Source: Lytechinus pictus (taxonomy: Eukaryota). From it: a stretch of 64,000 bases of DNA. The stretch covers positions 18,662,001 to 18,726,000 of the forward strand of contig NC_087261.1 of assembly GCF_037042905.1 (NCBI RefSeq), given 5' to 3'. How positions within the stretch are numbered: the first letter of the stretch is position 1; each line of letters starts with the position of its first letter. The position numbers were made by a program, and so were the translations under genes. The notes beneath the pieces are model-generated. The model was given only the letters and a program-made list of their open reading frames with translations. It was not told the origin of the DNA and did no database searches. Positions 39,166 through 52,806 of the stretch are shown here, piece by piece.

Positions 39166-42100
39166 TACTATCACTACGTTTATTTTCTCTGCCTCTCAGC
39201 CCCCATGTCTTTCCTTTAATGTTTTAATTATAAATCTCGGGTAATTCTAGTGTTACCCTACTCGAGCATTGCGAACTAAACATCAGTCATGTTATACCGT
39301 ATACTATCGTCTATGGGTTTATGAAATATTCCTTTATTCCCGACATTTCATCACCTGCGCGTCACCCATTCATGCTAATTTTATCACCAAATACGGATGT
39401 CATGAAATAACTGAAATCGTTTATTTAATTTTTTTTCAGATAAAAGCATGCAGATTTTTCATTGTATCTTAGAGTTTACACCAAAACACCTGTGCTTAAT
39501 GTGATGAATGAAAGGGATACAACTGGTGCATTGAATTCGAAACCATTACATTGTCTATGATTTTGAGTGATTTTCGATTTTCGTTTGTTTTTCATGGAAT
39601 TTGTTGCTGTCTACGATACCCCTGCCACCCCTCCCTGCCAACATAAGTAGTGCATCTCATTTTGTCTGAAGGAAATCAGCAATATACATTCTACTTTGAT
39701 CGATGAACAGGCTTAGTCCTAAAACATCGTTTGAGTAAACTAAACTAAACATAATTATGTCTCATAACCAAAATGAATGATAATAGTTGACACAAACAGT
39801 CATTGTCGTTAATTTCATAAAACGGAGAATCTCTGCAGTTGTATACTTCATAAAGCCACGGCTAGCTGGTAAGGGAAAACTGTTAAATCTTCGAGCTAAA
39901 AATCTTTATTTTTCGTTTATTATCTGGAAAGCCTTTTCATTAATCATTACATTGGCATCTAGATGGAGAAGTTTCAGGCACTAGCCCCCCCCCCCCCCCC
40001 CCTGGCCAAAAAGCAAAAAAAAAAGGGGGGAGAAGACCAAAAGTAAAAAAATAAAATAGATAAATGGGAAAGAGACAGGGGGAATTTTTGTCTAAATAGT
40101 TGTGAAGACCTATCACAAAATTAGATTTGATTTAAAAAGAGAAAAACAAATCACTCGTTGGCGACATCCCCCCCCCCCCCCCTGATTAGGCCTACTCCAA
40201 TGAATGATTTCATTGGGGTGAATAACTTTTTGTCATCTTTGCAAGGATAATGAACAAAGACTGCTACTGGACCATAGGTGACGTTTCTTTTAATCAAAAT
40301 TGTGCCAGGCACAATGTGCAATTATATCCATCGCTTTTGTCTTAGGATTGCATGGAAACAATATAGACCGTATATCATGAAACATATGTTCCGTCTACAC
40401 GACTACAACAGCATGCAAGAAGAAAAGTGAAATGGGTGCATTTTACATTGTTATCAAAGAAAACAATAATAATTTGGACAGTTGAAGTATATATCGATAT
40501 CCTTTCCCCCAAGTCACTGCTGACTTTGTCAATTTAATGGAATATGATATATGATATATAATCCATATAGTCACAAAAATAGCGTGAAATTTATTGAATT
40601 AATCATGTCGTTTTGACGAGCTTTTCTGGGAAATCTGCTTGAAAACAATGATGCAAAATGCAGAATGTTTCTGCAGTAGATGCTAACGTTAGGGGTGCTC
40701 TCGACGAGCATTGCAAATTTTTACTGAAAGTGGTGACGGGTCCGAACATTTCCTAAAATATTTTGGCAAAATTGTCAGTTAATTCGCAGGCGCCTTTCAC
40801 GAATTAGAAGTGAGCCCTAGCCACAATTTTTATTATCTCGTTTACAAAAAATAAACAAAACATACTTATTTAAATGCACAAAATGTCAATTCACGGTTCC
40901 GAACAAAAAAAAATCATTCGTAATATATTCCCCGGATTCATTAAAAAAGTATATTTTTAAGCATATGTTCTTCACTCTTTCAATTCTAAATATTTTGATC
41001 CTTATTGATGTTAAGTTCTCAAATCGGCAACTCAAAAACCCAAATACATTGGCGTGGCTCGCTGTCACTTTTCCAAAACCCGCCGTCCCGAGAGTATAGG
41101 GTAGTGTCAGACTGCACCGCCCGGTGGTTGCTCATCTGAGTGTCATACACCTTTGCATGCTTTGGTTAGGGGTCACTCGGGGGTTAGTCAGGAGTAGTGT
41201 TGAAATACGTGATTATGTTGTCGTTGTTGTTGTTTTAGTTTTTGCTTTGGGGTTTGGGAATATATTTTTTCTGTTGTAGGTTGTGACCCTTAATATCACA
41301 ATTTCCTTAAACTCTCATTACTTTGGTGTTTTCCATGTTTTCAAAAAATGTCGCCCCATGTTTTTTCCTCTCTCTCCTTCTCCTATCCCTATCCCCATCT
41401 CTCTCTCGCTCACTCACTCACACCCACACCTTCTCTGGATCTCACATACAAGCGCCTACGTACACACGCACATGCCTTCCCCTCTCCCTCCAGCACACAC
41501 ACACACCCTCCCATACCCAAACAAATATAGCAGTCAAGTAAAGCATACAGACCCCTCGGGGGACCCTTGTACGCTTTGCGCTTTACTGCATTTCATCATC
41601 TTAATCTTTATATAATAAAATCTCTTCATCATTTTCCTTACGTGCCTATCGCTCTTCACAATATTAATCATCACGATAATCAATAGTATCGATTTGAAAA
41701 GTAAGATATCTGAAGCCATATTAATTTTGGGGCACCCATGATCATGAATTCTATTTAACTTTTTACCTCATTTCCCCACACCTGACAAATATTCTATTTA
41801 GAACTTGAAATTATTCATGATGAAAAGTGGGGGAGTCGAAGAGTTATTGTAATACATAAATTTGTCTTGAACTTTAATTTATTCCAGGTTCCCCTAGTAT
41901 TCTTTCTCATTTTAATATCTCTATCTCAAATGGATTGTTCCCTTCATCTATACTCCACGCCCCCCCCCCACCCTTCTTGATTTTGTTCATATCAACTAAA
42001 ATGAGATATTGACAAGATAGAAGATAAATAAGATCATTTCAAATAGAATATCCATTTAGTCTTATCAAAAACTCTTTCCTATATTCGTTTCTTTTTAGAT

Positions 42101-42592
42101 ATTCAAATAAACTTCGGATTCAATTCTACAGCTAAGTTCATATCACAAACCATGATATTCTGACGTCATTAATGGTGTCTTCAAAAAGTACAGCAACTTT
42201 GAGAAACGGGAAAAATGATTGATCTCGATTGTTTATCCTTGCCGATCAAAGCACGTAATATAGGAAAATAAATTAATAAAACCCGATCTCGACGGTTTCC
42301 TTCAAGTAGGAGAATCGGGCATATCCCCTCGTCTGTACATCTCTCGGTTGGACAAAGCGAGGGAAGTAAAATAAAAAGAATGAGGGATTTCGAGATGACA
42401 CGAAAGGAGGGCAGGAGTCTCCTCTAGGATTTTTGGTTGGCGGGAAAAAAAGGGATGAGTGTGGTGTTGAAAAAGAGGTTCGGGATCTATCAGCGGTACG
42501 GTAATTTGCATGTTCGTCTAATGAATTACTCGCAGTGAGAGCAACGATGATACATCATTGTTAATCCTTACTAAACTTAGCTGTGCCCCCCT

Positions 42593-42626
<34 letters not shown>

Positions 42627-42859
42627 TACTCTCTATTCATATTACTTTCTCTTTTTGAAAACCACATTTGTTGAGGGTGTGACATAAACTTATTTCCAAG
42701 TAGCAGCTGGGACTACATTAGGCACTGGCGTGCAGATGAAGGGGGGCGGCTTGAAAGTCAACCCCTCCCTCCTAAAAAAACAGTTCTAAAGGCCACTGAC
42801 ATTAGGGGAAAACTGTTGCAAATGAATTGTGTATTATTTGCAGAACATTGGTCGATTTG

Positions 42860-43082
42860 TTGAATTCTCTTCCGCAGAGTTTGAAAACCCAGACTTAAGT
42901 GACCACCTTCAAGGGCAACCTGAAAACATACCTGTTTAAGAGTGCTTTTGATAGACATTGAATTATTGTTCAGACATGTATTATATGTCAATAGCTTCTA
43001 TTGTTCTGCTCTGAAGCGCCTTGAGCATCTAATCAAGATGGAAAGTGCGCTATACAAATCACATGTATTATTATTATTATTT
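42860..43082 (+). mobile_element. 5'-truncated L2/CR1-group LINE 3' end
   Basis: Translates as (L)NSLPQSLKTQT*VTTFKGNLKTYLFKSAF, matching the typical WNSLP...FK..LKTYLF ORF2 C-terminus. Followed by AAGCGCCTTGAG...GCGCTATACAAAT and (TTA)n tail. Confidence 0.75.
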
Positions 43083-43506
43083 AAAGATGTTAGAAATATA
43101 GTATTTTGTGTCTTTTGCGACCATTTTTTTCTTTCTTTACTACTTTATCCTTTAATTTCATTCTAATCAATTCAGCAATATAAGGACTGATCAAGAAGAG
43201 CTTGGTACGCGGAAAACATCCCTATACATTACCAATATTTGTCAAATGATACGGTTAAACTTTTCAAGGAAACAAAGTCCTGGAACGAGTGCGACAAAAT
43301 GCCTGAAAGAAAGAAAAAGAGAGAGTCTTGAAAGCGGAGATATCAAGAAGAAGAGGGTGATAGCAAGAAGTGGCGAGAGAGGAAATGTGTCGACTGCCTG
43401 CATAGCTGCTCCACCAAAACAAGAGGCGCCGACCAGTCGGCCATCTAGAAATCAACGCATAAAATTGAAACAGAGTAAGTGTAGAAGCAAGGAGAGAAAA
43501 AAAGTC

Positions 43507-43640
43507 CTGGGCCCAGTAACACAAAGGCTAACAAATTAATCGTAAGCTTGATTTTGACCATTTGTACATGGTAGTCAATGCAATCGATCGTAAACAAATC
43601 GTTCTACGATGATTGCTAAGTCTTATGATAAGGACCCCTG
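43507..43640. mobile_element. MITE family C, copy 2
   Basis: CTGGGCCCAGTAACACAAAG ... AAGGACCCCTG. Shares GTAGTCAATGCAATC and TTCTACGATGATTGCTAAG-like internal blocks with the other copies. Confidence 0.75.
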
Positions 43641-44228
43641 GTCATTTTGTATGACCGTTTCCACTGTTTAGGAGACAGTACTTTGCAATTCATTCTCGTA
43701 CTCTATTGGGTGCTTTAAAGAGGCCAAGCATTGGAAAGCGATTTGTTTAAATCGTTAAATGAGCGCATTCACATTTGGAATATTTTGGAAGTGTGTGGAT
43801 TTGGAGGTAAAGAGGTTTGAGTTTGAGTTACTATCGTGGGAACATTGCGGGATTCCATATTTATTATACGGCGTTGAGCACTAGTGTTGGTGTCAGCCAA
43901 AACAGGCGTTAAGTCAGCCAAGCACCTGCAATAACACCTAACCCGTAACATGTTTGATGTTGTCATCAATGTCACTCGGTGTTTGAAGCTTACAATTTCA
44001 TTTTCCATCGTAACATTGCAACGCAGTATAGCTCTGAGAACAATGCTATGAGTCCAGGCAAATGATTCTTCTGCGCAGGTATGATTGCTAACGCGTTCCA
44101 GCTTACCAATTTTCATGACATGATCTCGATAGAACAGTGCCGTTCCGTGATCTGGAGGACTGTACGCTCTTTGGAAAACCCAAGTCTGACTCACATGCAG
44201 GAAACACATGGGAGATGTTGGCTAACTG

Positions 44229-44428
44229 TGCTGAAAAAACACAACAGTGTCACAGAGTGTGATCACAGTGTGTTCACATAGTGGACTACGTGAAAATATT
44301 TTCATACTGTGACCATCTCGACAGTGAGACTGTTCACAGCGTCGTCACATGGTCGACTATGTGGATATGTGATTCACACTGTAAACACACAGTAGGACAC
44401 ACTGTAGGAAAACTTCTTTCCAGTAAGG
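44229..44428. mobile_element. Foldback MITE remnant
   Basis: Inverted match CACATAGTGGACTACGTGA / TCACATGGTCGACTATGTG. CACAGTGTG-type subrepeats. Ends TGCTGAAAAAA / TTTCCAGTAAGG. Confidence 0.55.
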
Positions 44429-47002
44429 AAGGTTTAAATCTATCATTGGACTTTCCATTGTTCTCTGCACGACGTACAATCTTGAAAGCTAGCGACGTAG
44501 ATCGTGAGCTTCCGAATAAAAAAAATGGAATCATATTTTCTAGGCCGCGAGGTCGGAAGTAGAACTTAGATTAACCGACGCAGCTTTCTATTTTAGACAC
44601 GTTGGCTATTTCAAAATCATTGTTTTATTTTCCATAACATGACGTCAACTCAACCTACATTTTCTTGTTGACATACCATAAACAATCAAGGAGGAAAACA
44701 ACCGTTTGGGTTGCATTTTCAAAGAATGTAGTTACTGATATACGCGGACACTGATGGGGACATTGGTTTCTTAATGTGTATCCGACAGTTTCATATCTAA
44801 CGAAGATCGTGTATGCAGGCGGGGTATGGGAATTATAGCCATGCAATTCAAAACGGTTTGTCGCCCTCTATTGTGTCATCTTGCCTGTACTGCTTATTGC
44901 ATTGAACGCTGGAGCTCGTGTAAACCTGTGATGAATTTCAACATTTACTATCCCAATGTTCGTTTGTCTGAGTGATTAAATTAAACTTTTCTTTGTTAAA
45001 AGGGCAACGGAAATGGAGGGAGGGATATGGTTGGTTCAGTCCCGCCCAAATTTTTGGCAGAACATACACGAACATGAAAAGGGCCATCACGATGTTATAC
45101 AATGCATGTTCAATCCCCCCCCCCCTCCACAAAAAAACTGTTTGTATAATCCCCCTCTCTGTCTTATTGTTCATAATGTACTTTTTGACACTGTCCAAGC
45201 AAAGCAAATCTTTATGGGACTACTTTAACCACTTTTTCTATCATTATTTGTTTACATCCAATGTTTGATTCTTTAAACATGTGACTGTGATATGCTCGAT
45301 TTGCCTGTATCTTTTTGATTCAAAATTAGTATTGTTAGGGTGAATTTTGAAAATACGACGACAAAAATGAAATATACTAATAAATACTTTGTTCAAAAGG
45401 GTTCACAAGTCATCATAAATAGTTTCCAGTCGACTCCGAATCGACCATGATGATTAGGTCTACGTATCGTTTTGTGCATACATACATCGCATTGATTAGC
45501 CCATTGTAATTGATGGGTTTGTCTGTCATGCTTTTCCGTACAATAAAAATTTTAAGGTTTATCATTTATTTATTTTCTAAGAGCAACCTATTCAAAACTG
45601 AAATGTTGCTGGACTAATTGCATTTTGTGTATGAAAAGCAACATGCTACCAAGACAGATTTTTCGATTGCATTTTAAGTTGACCCTCCTGCATACCCATT
45701 AAATCTCCTAATGAATTTACAAGGATGGTAATATGAGCCATGAAATTGAATTTGAATTACGACATGCACAAATTTGAATTTATACGGATATGACACATAT
45801 TTCTTGACTTTTCTTCAGTAAAAAAACCAATTCGACCTCAATGGCCCAATTTATTTCCTATCGGTGCTGCGGATGTCACATTCGACAGCAGTAAGGCACA
45901 AGAATGGCAGCCATGAACACAAAGCTCATGGTCACTACTTTAATTTTGTGAGCAAACAACCCTACACAATTGACAAGCGCGCTCCCAACTTAATATCGAT
46001 TTTGTCAGTTTACCACCAAATACCTGCAAACTCGCGGGCCCTCGCACTGCCATCACGCACAACACGGCCAGCTGTAACGCGCGCACGCCGATCCACCCCC
46101 CCCCCCCTCCCATGACAGACGCGTATAAGCCAATGGGAACAGAGAGGGGAGGAGGCAAGGGCCTCACGGTATTGTCTAACGAAACACTGGCGGAGATAAA
46201 AACGGAAGTGCATGACAAAGGAAAGAGGAAATTAATTTCCATTTCCGAGGGGAAGGTGACTCATCCGACCATCTACCAATGTCCATCCGTCCCTGCACAG
46301 TCTCCGACAAGGCACCATTAGTAATACTTAAACGAGTTGTAAGAAGAAAGATGGAAAGAGAGAAAGCGGGGGAGGGAGTTACAAACAGATAGAGTGAGAG
46401 AGAGGTTGGGAGAATGGAGAAAAAAAAGGGTGAGGGGGAAAAGTTAGAAGAAAGGTAGATACTGATGCGAGAACATAGCGGGATGCTGCGTAATTCTTGC
46501 CTGTGTGTGCTGATAAAGAAAACAACAGGAGTACGCAGACCTTCTGTTCGTTGGAAATTAGATTTTTTACATTGTTTAACTTTAAAACACAATTCCTTTT
46601 TCAGATTTTGTTTCCATTATGTTTTTTTTTTTTATTACTGATAGTCATTAATGTATTCCATTTATTAATGACCTTTCCACAGTCAGTTGTATTTTTCAAC
46701 ATTTACTTTTTTTTACTATCTTATTATATTAATTGAACCGAATAGAATAAATTCCAAATGGTTAGTAAAAAGTTCTGGACAATGAAGCATAATACCACTC
46801 AAGGGATCCATATATATGTATATATAAATATAAATAAATCATGATTATATTTCAAGTGGTAGATTCAAAGGTTGCATCCTTTTATCAATGTACATGTGTA
46901 TGTAGCTTTTGTTTAAAATATATTTTTCTTTTTTAAAATTATCATTCGTTGAATGTTAATAATTTTACAATCTTAATAATAAAAATAGGCCTAATAATTA
47001 CG

Positions 47003-47219
47003 TTTTATTTACCCAGGGTAGCCACTTCAGTTAGGAAACTACTCTAACAGCGGGCCCTGCATAACATGATATAATGTTATTATTACCCTTCTCCATAATC
47101 TAAATGCTGAGCGCCTAGCAAGAAGGCAGAAGGTCAATTGTTAAGTCTTTGGTATGAGCCGGCCAGGGATCGACCTCCTGTTCATGAGGCGGGCGCTCTA
47201 CCACTCAGCCACAATGCCC
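47003..47219 (-). mobile_element. tRNA-derived SINE of a second family with the same 3' tail
   Basis: A box TGGCTGAGTGG (47201-47211), degenerate B box, different body (CATACCAAAGAC...GGCGCTCAGCATT). A 26-nt tail block at 47007-47032 is identical to 30661-30686. Confidence 0.75.
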
Positions 47220-49466
47220 TGTTACTTTTATAATCTTAGTAACCATTCATTATTTTTATATATATCTAGCAATGTTACGTTCTGACACCAATTTTGTCAT
47301 GATGATATACCGGTTGGGCTAAAAAAAAAAAGAAACAACCTATACCTCCCCCCGGAAAAATATTATTTAATAAAAAGATAAATGATAATGATATGATAAT
47401 TAAATTTTATTATTATTTTCTTAAAATATCTTTATACATGATAACAAGCTCAGATTAACTGTTTTTCAGCATGGTCCTGGTAACATAAAATGAAAATATA
47501 TACATAAAAGATATATGTATAACTTAGGTTCTATACAAGTAATGAATGAATTAAATTACAGTAAAATCAGAATTATCACTAATACAAAAATTGTTCAAAG
47601 ATAACATATTCAATTTATGAGGAATCGATGAAATGAGAATAGTTATCCTGTAGACAACACAATAACATTAAAATATAAACTAAGGTGTATAATATCATTG
47701 ACATAGTAAATAAATTATTCAACAAAATCTATGAAGGAAATTAAGAATCTATCATTAAGCATACCATACTAGATTTCAGTAGAAATATCCAATAACAGTA
47801 GTAATAATAATAGTAAACATCATTATAATAGTAACAGTGACAATAATGAATAAATATTTTGGAATTCAACCCCATTTTGTAAGACGTGAAATTTCCCGAC
47901 AACAACCCACCTGGTTTTGCAACGAATGGGCTTAGATTATCTATCCTCCCTCCAAAAGGAGAAACAAAAATACCACAACTGCCAAGCCAGGCATATTGCC
48001 CAAGATATACTGCTATTAAGAAGGTCGTCATTTTGTTTTCTTATCATTCGAGTCCTACATGAAGTTTGAATACGTGTTTTATTCTCTAAATTGTTCTCTT
48101 CAAGAAGGGAATTCGAGAATCAATTTGAGGCGTGCGTCGGGCTGGGATCTAGCCTTGCTTCCTAAGCAGACGTTTTTAAATCTGGGAAACTCGCTCGATG
48201 AATGTTATATTTAGAGCTCTCTTTTATTAAAATCATTAGAACACCTTCCTTTAGATTTAGAAATAACGATTGAATGTTGTATTGTAAGTGCAACACTTCA
48301 ATAGGCCTACCTTCTGGGGTGCGATTTTGCACCCTAAAAGTATAACACAAAAAGGTAAAGGGATCAGCTTTTGTTATCTTCATTCGAAAAATATTCATGT
48401 ACAACTTATAATGGGGAACTTGAATGTTGCACCTTTTCTTTGCAAGATATTGTAGGTTTAAAATGGTACGAATTGCCATCTTACTTAATTGGAAGGGCTC
48501 TGTACCCTTTATGATGCATAGTGTATTAACTAATTGCATCATTTAACGTGTACAATTTATGAAGGTGTAAAGCAGCCTCTAGGGTGCCGACATTGTACCA
48601 ACTCCAACGGGTAAGTAATTGAACCACTCGGTTACAAAGAGTAAATAGTTATCTTAATTAGATATGAACATTTATTTAGGAAAGTAACAATAATGAACTA
48701 TCATCGCGTCAATTGACATGCATGTATTTATCTGAAAGTTCGGTAGGATAGCAGTTATACTTTTATTTCTAAATCAAAGAGTGGAGGGTTCGAGTTTCAA
48801 GCAATGATGTAAATTTCTGTTTTGTAAAAAAAAATCACAGCACTTGCATATCGAACCACTCATTAAGGTAATGACAATGAAGCCTACGAATTTGGTCAAA
48901 TCTTGAATTGATTCAGACCTTATTTGTGTCTCTATCTAAATTAATTACATTATATTGTGACGCCGAGTAGGTCTGCATTTTCCAGTCGGAAAAATAATGG
49001 GCATGGACATAATAATCTTTTAAATAATGACACACAATGCAATTAAGAATAACATAAGAAAGTTTTGGTAGTTTTGTCAATACGATGATACAGCTCTTCC
49101 TTGGGGTCGAACAATAGAACGTTAAGGCGGTGGGTGCCGGGTGGCGCTAAGATTGAAATCAAAATTGACGGAGCGTTTCAAAATGTCAAGTTATGCGGCC
49201 TTCCCTGGACTGTCTCACCAAGATAGTATTACAATGCAGCAGGCTTTATTACATCCACGCCAGTTACAGCATCTTCCTCGGGTAGAATGCTGCGTAGGCC
49301 ACTTTGTAGAAAGAAACAAAGAAGTGGTGGGATTGGGGAAAGATTTGTTCTTTCCCGATCCAGCATCTGACTCTAAACTTCTTCGGGAGATTTGCTCTAT
49401 GACGCACAAGATCCAGTTTGGATTGATTTGGTAATACATGAAGAGGTTTTACAACTGAAATGACTT

Positions 49467-49601
49467 CTGGGTCCCGTAACACAAAGCTTAGTGATTAATC
49501 GTACGCTTGATTTTCACGATTGATTGTGCATTGTAGTCAATGCAATCAATCGTAGAAAAATGTTCTAGGATCATTGCTAAGTTTTGTGGCACGGGCCCCT
49601 G
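49467..49601. mobile_element. MITE family C, copy 3
   Basis: CTGGGTCCCGTAACACAAAG ... CACGGGCCCCTG. Near reverse complement of 28967-29101. Confidence 0.85.
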
Positions 49602-52559
49602 AATAGTCAATCCAAGCCAGTAACATTAAAACATACGTCCCGATGACGTTTAGCTCTATACTTTAACGTTACAGACCCTTCCGACATACTATGTATAAAG
49701 GAACAAATTATCGATATAAGGAAAACCTATGTATAAAGAAAATGGTATAAATAAAGGGTTCTTCTGGAAAAGAAAACCTTCAATATAGAGGAAAATCTAT
49801 ATATAAAGGGAAAAAACTCAGTATGTAGCAAACCTGTTTATTGGATTTTTTTCCTATTACTTGCAAGTGGCTCTTTACTATCTATGTTTTGCAGTCTTGG
49901 GATTCCCATTGTACGTGAACATGTTTTATACCTGCAGGACCCTAATTTTGAGCGCTGTTTAGGCCAAGTCATGGTCAAAGCGTTGTTTTAAGTACGTGTT
50001 TAAAGTATGGTAAGCCAGGAATGAAAAGTTGAAATGTGTTTACACTTCGTATTACTTGGTGTTGCTGATGCATCACTGTGCGAAAAAAAAGATATGTTGC
50101 AAAAATAGTCTTAAAGAATTTAAGTTTTCGGAGATACTTTCATACTTCATAATTACCAGCATTATGTTTTTGAAACAAAAATATATGCCCTTATAATATA
50201 GTGAATATGAAAGCGTAATTTTCAAATATTAGAAGCCATGTAGACAGTGAGAACTTGCCCTTATAGTGCATTGCCCCTGGACACAGAAGAGATATCTCCC
50301 TATGTATCTTAGTCAAAGCATCTAATATGTGCATTCTTTGCATCTAGCTTCAATCGACTGGGCTTCATTAAACCAGCAAGGGAAGGACTGAAGTTAGCGG
50401 CTATCAGATCGATACACCCCTCCCATGTTTACCCCTTCCATTCCAAATCCTCTCCACGAAGTCTTAGATTGCGAGAGGCTCTGCAAAAGAGAGGGAGAGG
50501 GAGAGAGCTAGGGAGTGTGTGTGGGTGTGCGTGTGTGTGTATGTGAGGAGACGGAGAGGATCTTAAATCCTTCTTGTTACAGTCACATCCAAAGAAACCG
50601 ATCAAGGCCATTACGTTAATTCCGATGACATATCCTTAGTCGATTAGGAGTTGGTCACTTTGATGTGACTGTGCATTAAGAAGAATGAGAGAAGAGAAGG
50701 GAAGGAGGGTCGGGGAAAGAGGCAATGAAAAAAAATTGCTGGCTCGCTGAAGTATGGCTTCTCGCGTCGGTAGTGCCAGCAAACATGGGCCGGACAATTG
50801 CACGGATTTGTCGTAAAGTCGGGATGAAATTGCATCTTTTCAAGGAGTATTTGCTGTGTACATTCATGGGTTCGTTCTCACTGATTGTGCATTGACTTTG
50901 TATTCTTGTGCCCCCAGCGAAGTTGTGCCTCAAACTCTGCATGGGCCCTGGGTACGTATTTTGTAGGGGGTGCTGATGTTAATTTGACAAAATAAGAAAA
51001 AAAGAGATTCACTGAAAATTTAGGTAATTTTGGCTACATTTGTCGAATTTTTCACACCTACTATGCCTACCAGAATTCCAAAGGGTGCTGCCCATGGATA
51101 ATAATACATGCAGCACCATACTAATTTTCAATCTAGTATAGTTCAATTCTTTGTAATTTATTAAGAAGTAAAATAAAAGTGAAAGAACTGCGATCCCTCT
51201 AAAATTATTATATTATGTCATTTGTCTTAAATGAAATCCATGATGATTTTGTTATTGCTGTGAATGTTAAGACTACAGAAAGTTTTCTTCAGTTCTGATT
51301 GAATTAGCAATAAAAAATCCTTTAGCAGAAAAGTCGCATTTAGGTTTGCGGGCATCACACACAAACTCACGTTCATAACTCATATTTCTAACGGTTTTAG
51401 CCAAGAACAGGAAGACGTTTCTCTTCACAAGGAACGAACCAATGGAAGACCCACCCCCCCCCCCTTCCCTCCCTTCATACAAACACACACACACCCTCAC
51501 ACACACATCCTTGTACATTCTCATCATTACCACCGATTGAGGACCCAGAAGTGCATGTAAACATAGAGACAAGGAAATTATGCTCAAAATATTTAGCAAA
51601 TATCGAGGTGTTGGCCAGGAGGATATGGGAAGTGTTTGGACAAACTGTGAAGGTGTAGAGTAAGGTAATCATCCCTTAAATCGCTCACAAATCATCGTCG
51701 TTGAAATCTTTCGGAAGTCTTTACCTTTCCCCATTGAATAAGATAGGAAAGTAAGTTCCTTCTCTGCTTGAAAACGGAAGGACATTTTCCAACTTTTCAA
51801 TTAACAACGTAATGCATTTTTCTCCTCTCTATATATCAAGTCCTTATCAATAATCCTAAATTTGATATTTGCATTTCGCAGCACTCAACCAGTATATCTA
51901 TATATTTCCTGTTTTTACAAATATAAATAGAATGCAACAAAAACTTCGGGTAGCACTATCCGTCCCACAAAACATCTCCCATTCCGATATTTTCATTAGA
52001 CATCCTCGTTTTCAATTTTTTTATGCAACAGTCTCTTTCATATTTGCCTTTGATTATTTAGCAATCAGCATACCACTTAGCACGGTTGTTTTCCAAAGTA
52101 ATCTCCACATTAATGATTATCATCCACTGAAGAATGAAAATAACGCTTTTCCCGAGGGACTTTGTAAGTACAAATTTTGCTTCCAGCTGTAGAAATGATG
52201 TATATTTTGTTTTCCAAATCGTATGCTCTTGTCATCACCGTTTACTGTTTATTCGCTTTGATGTAAGCAGGGTACCCCACCCGCCATTTTCTTTCATTTC
52301 TATTCTTCTCGCTCGATTTCCCTTCACTCTTTCATTTTCGCTATTTCTGCACACACACACGCACGCACGCACACCACCCCACACATAAACATTCTCTCTG
52401 AATTTATTTGTATACATGTGCATGGTATTTCTTTTGAAGGCTTTATTTCTATTGCAACCGTGGTGCATTTGTTCGTGTTTTATGAATTATTCCTTTATCA
52501 CTTTTCGTCTTTCCTTCCATCTCCTCTGTCCCCCTTTTTCTCCTTTGTCTCGTTCAGGG

Positions 52560-52806
52560 TCGTCCTCTTCTTTTTATTCCATTAATTTCTTCTTTTCTCT
52601 TTCTTTTTCTTTTTCTTTCTATTCTTCTTCTTCTTCTTCTTCTTTCTTATTCTTCTTCTCCTTCTTCGTCTTCTTCTTCCTTCTCCTCCTCTTTTTTCTT
52701 CTTCCTTTTCCCTCCCTACATATCTTCTGCTTTCTCTTCCTTTTTTCTTCTCTTTCATCCCATTTCCTCCTTTTCTTATTTTCCTTCTCCTTCTCCTCCT
52801 ATTCCT
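52560..52806. repeat. Polypyrimidine / (CTT)n low-complexity tract
   Basis: Directly visible; explains the spurious F/S/L-rich ORF 52416-53111. Confidence 0.9.

Noticed and set aside
40563-40582. Partial matches to other miRNAs (miR-153-like ATAGTCACAAAA here; miR-278-like TCGGTGGGA at ~62627; miR-71-like TGAAAGACAT at ~54103)
   Set aside because: Only 9-12 nt match, with divergent remainder and no supporting hairpin.
43769-44209. 146-aa minus-strand ORF
   Set aside because: No recognisable motif or splice context; non-ATG start; within chance expectation.
49141-49482. Overlapping short ORFs in moderately GC-rich DNA
   Set aside because: No frame gives a recognisable protein.
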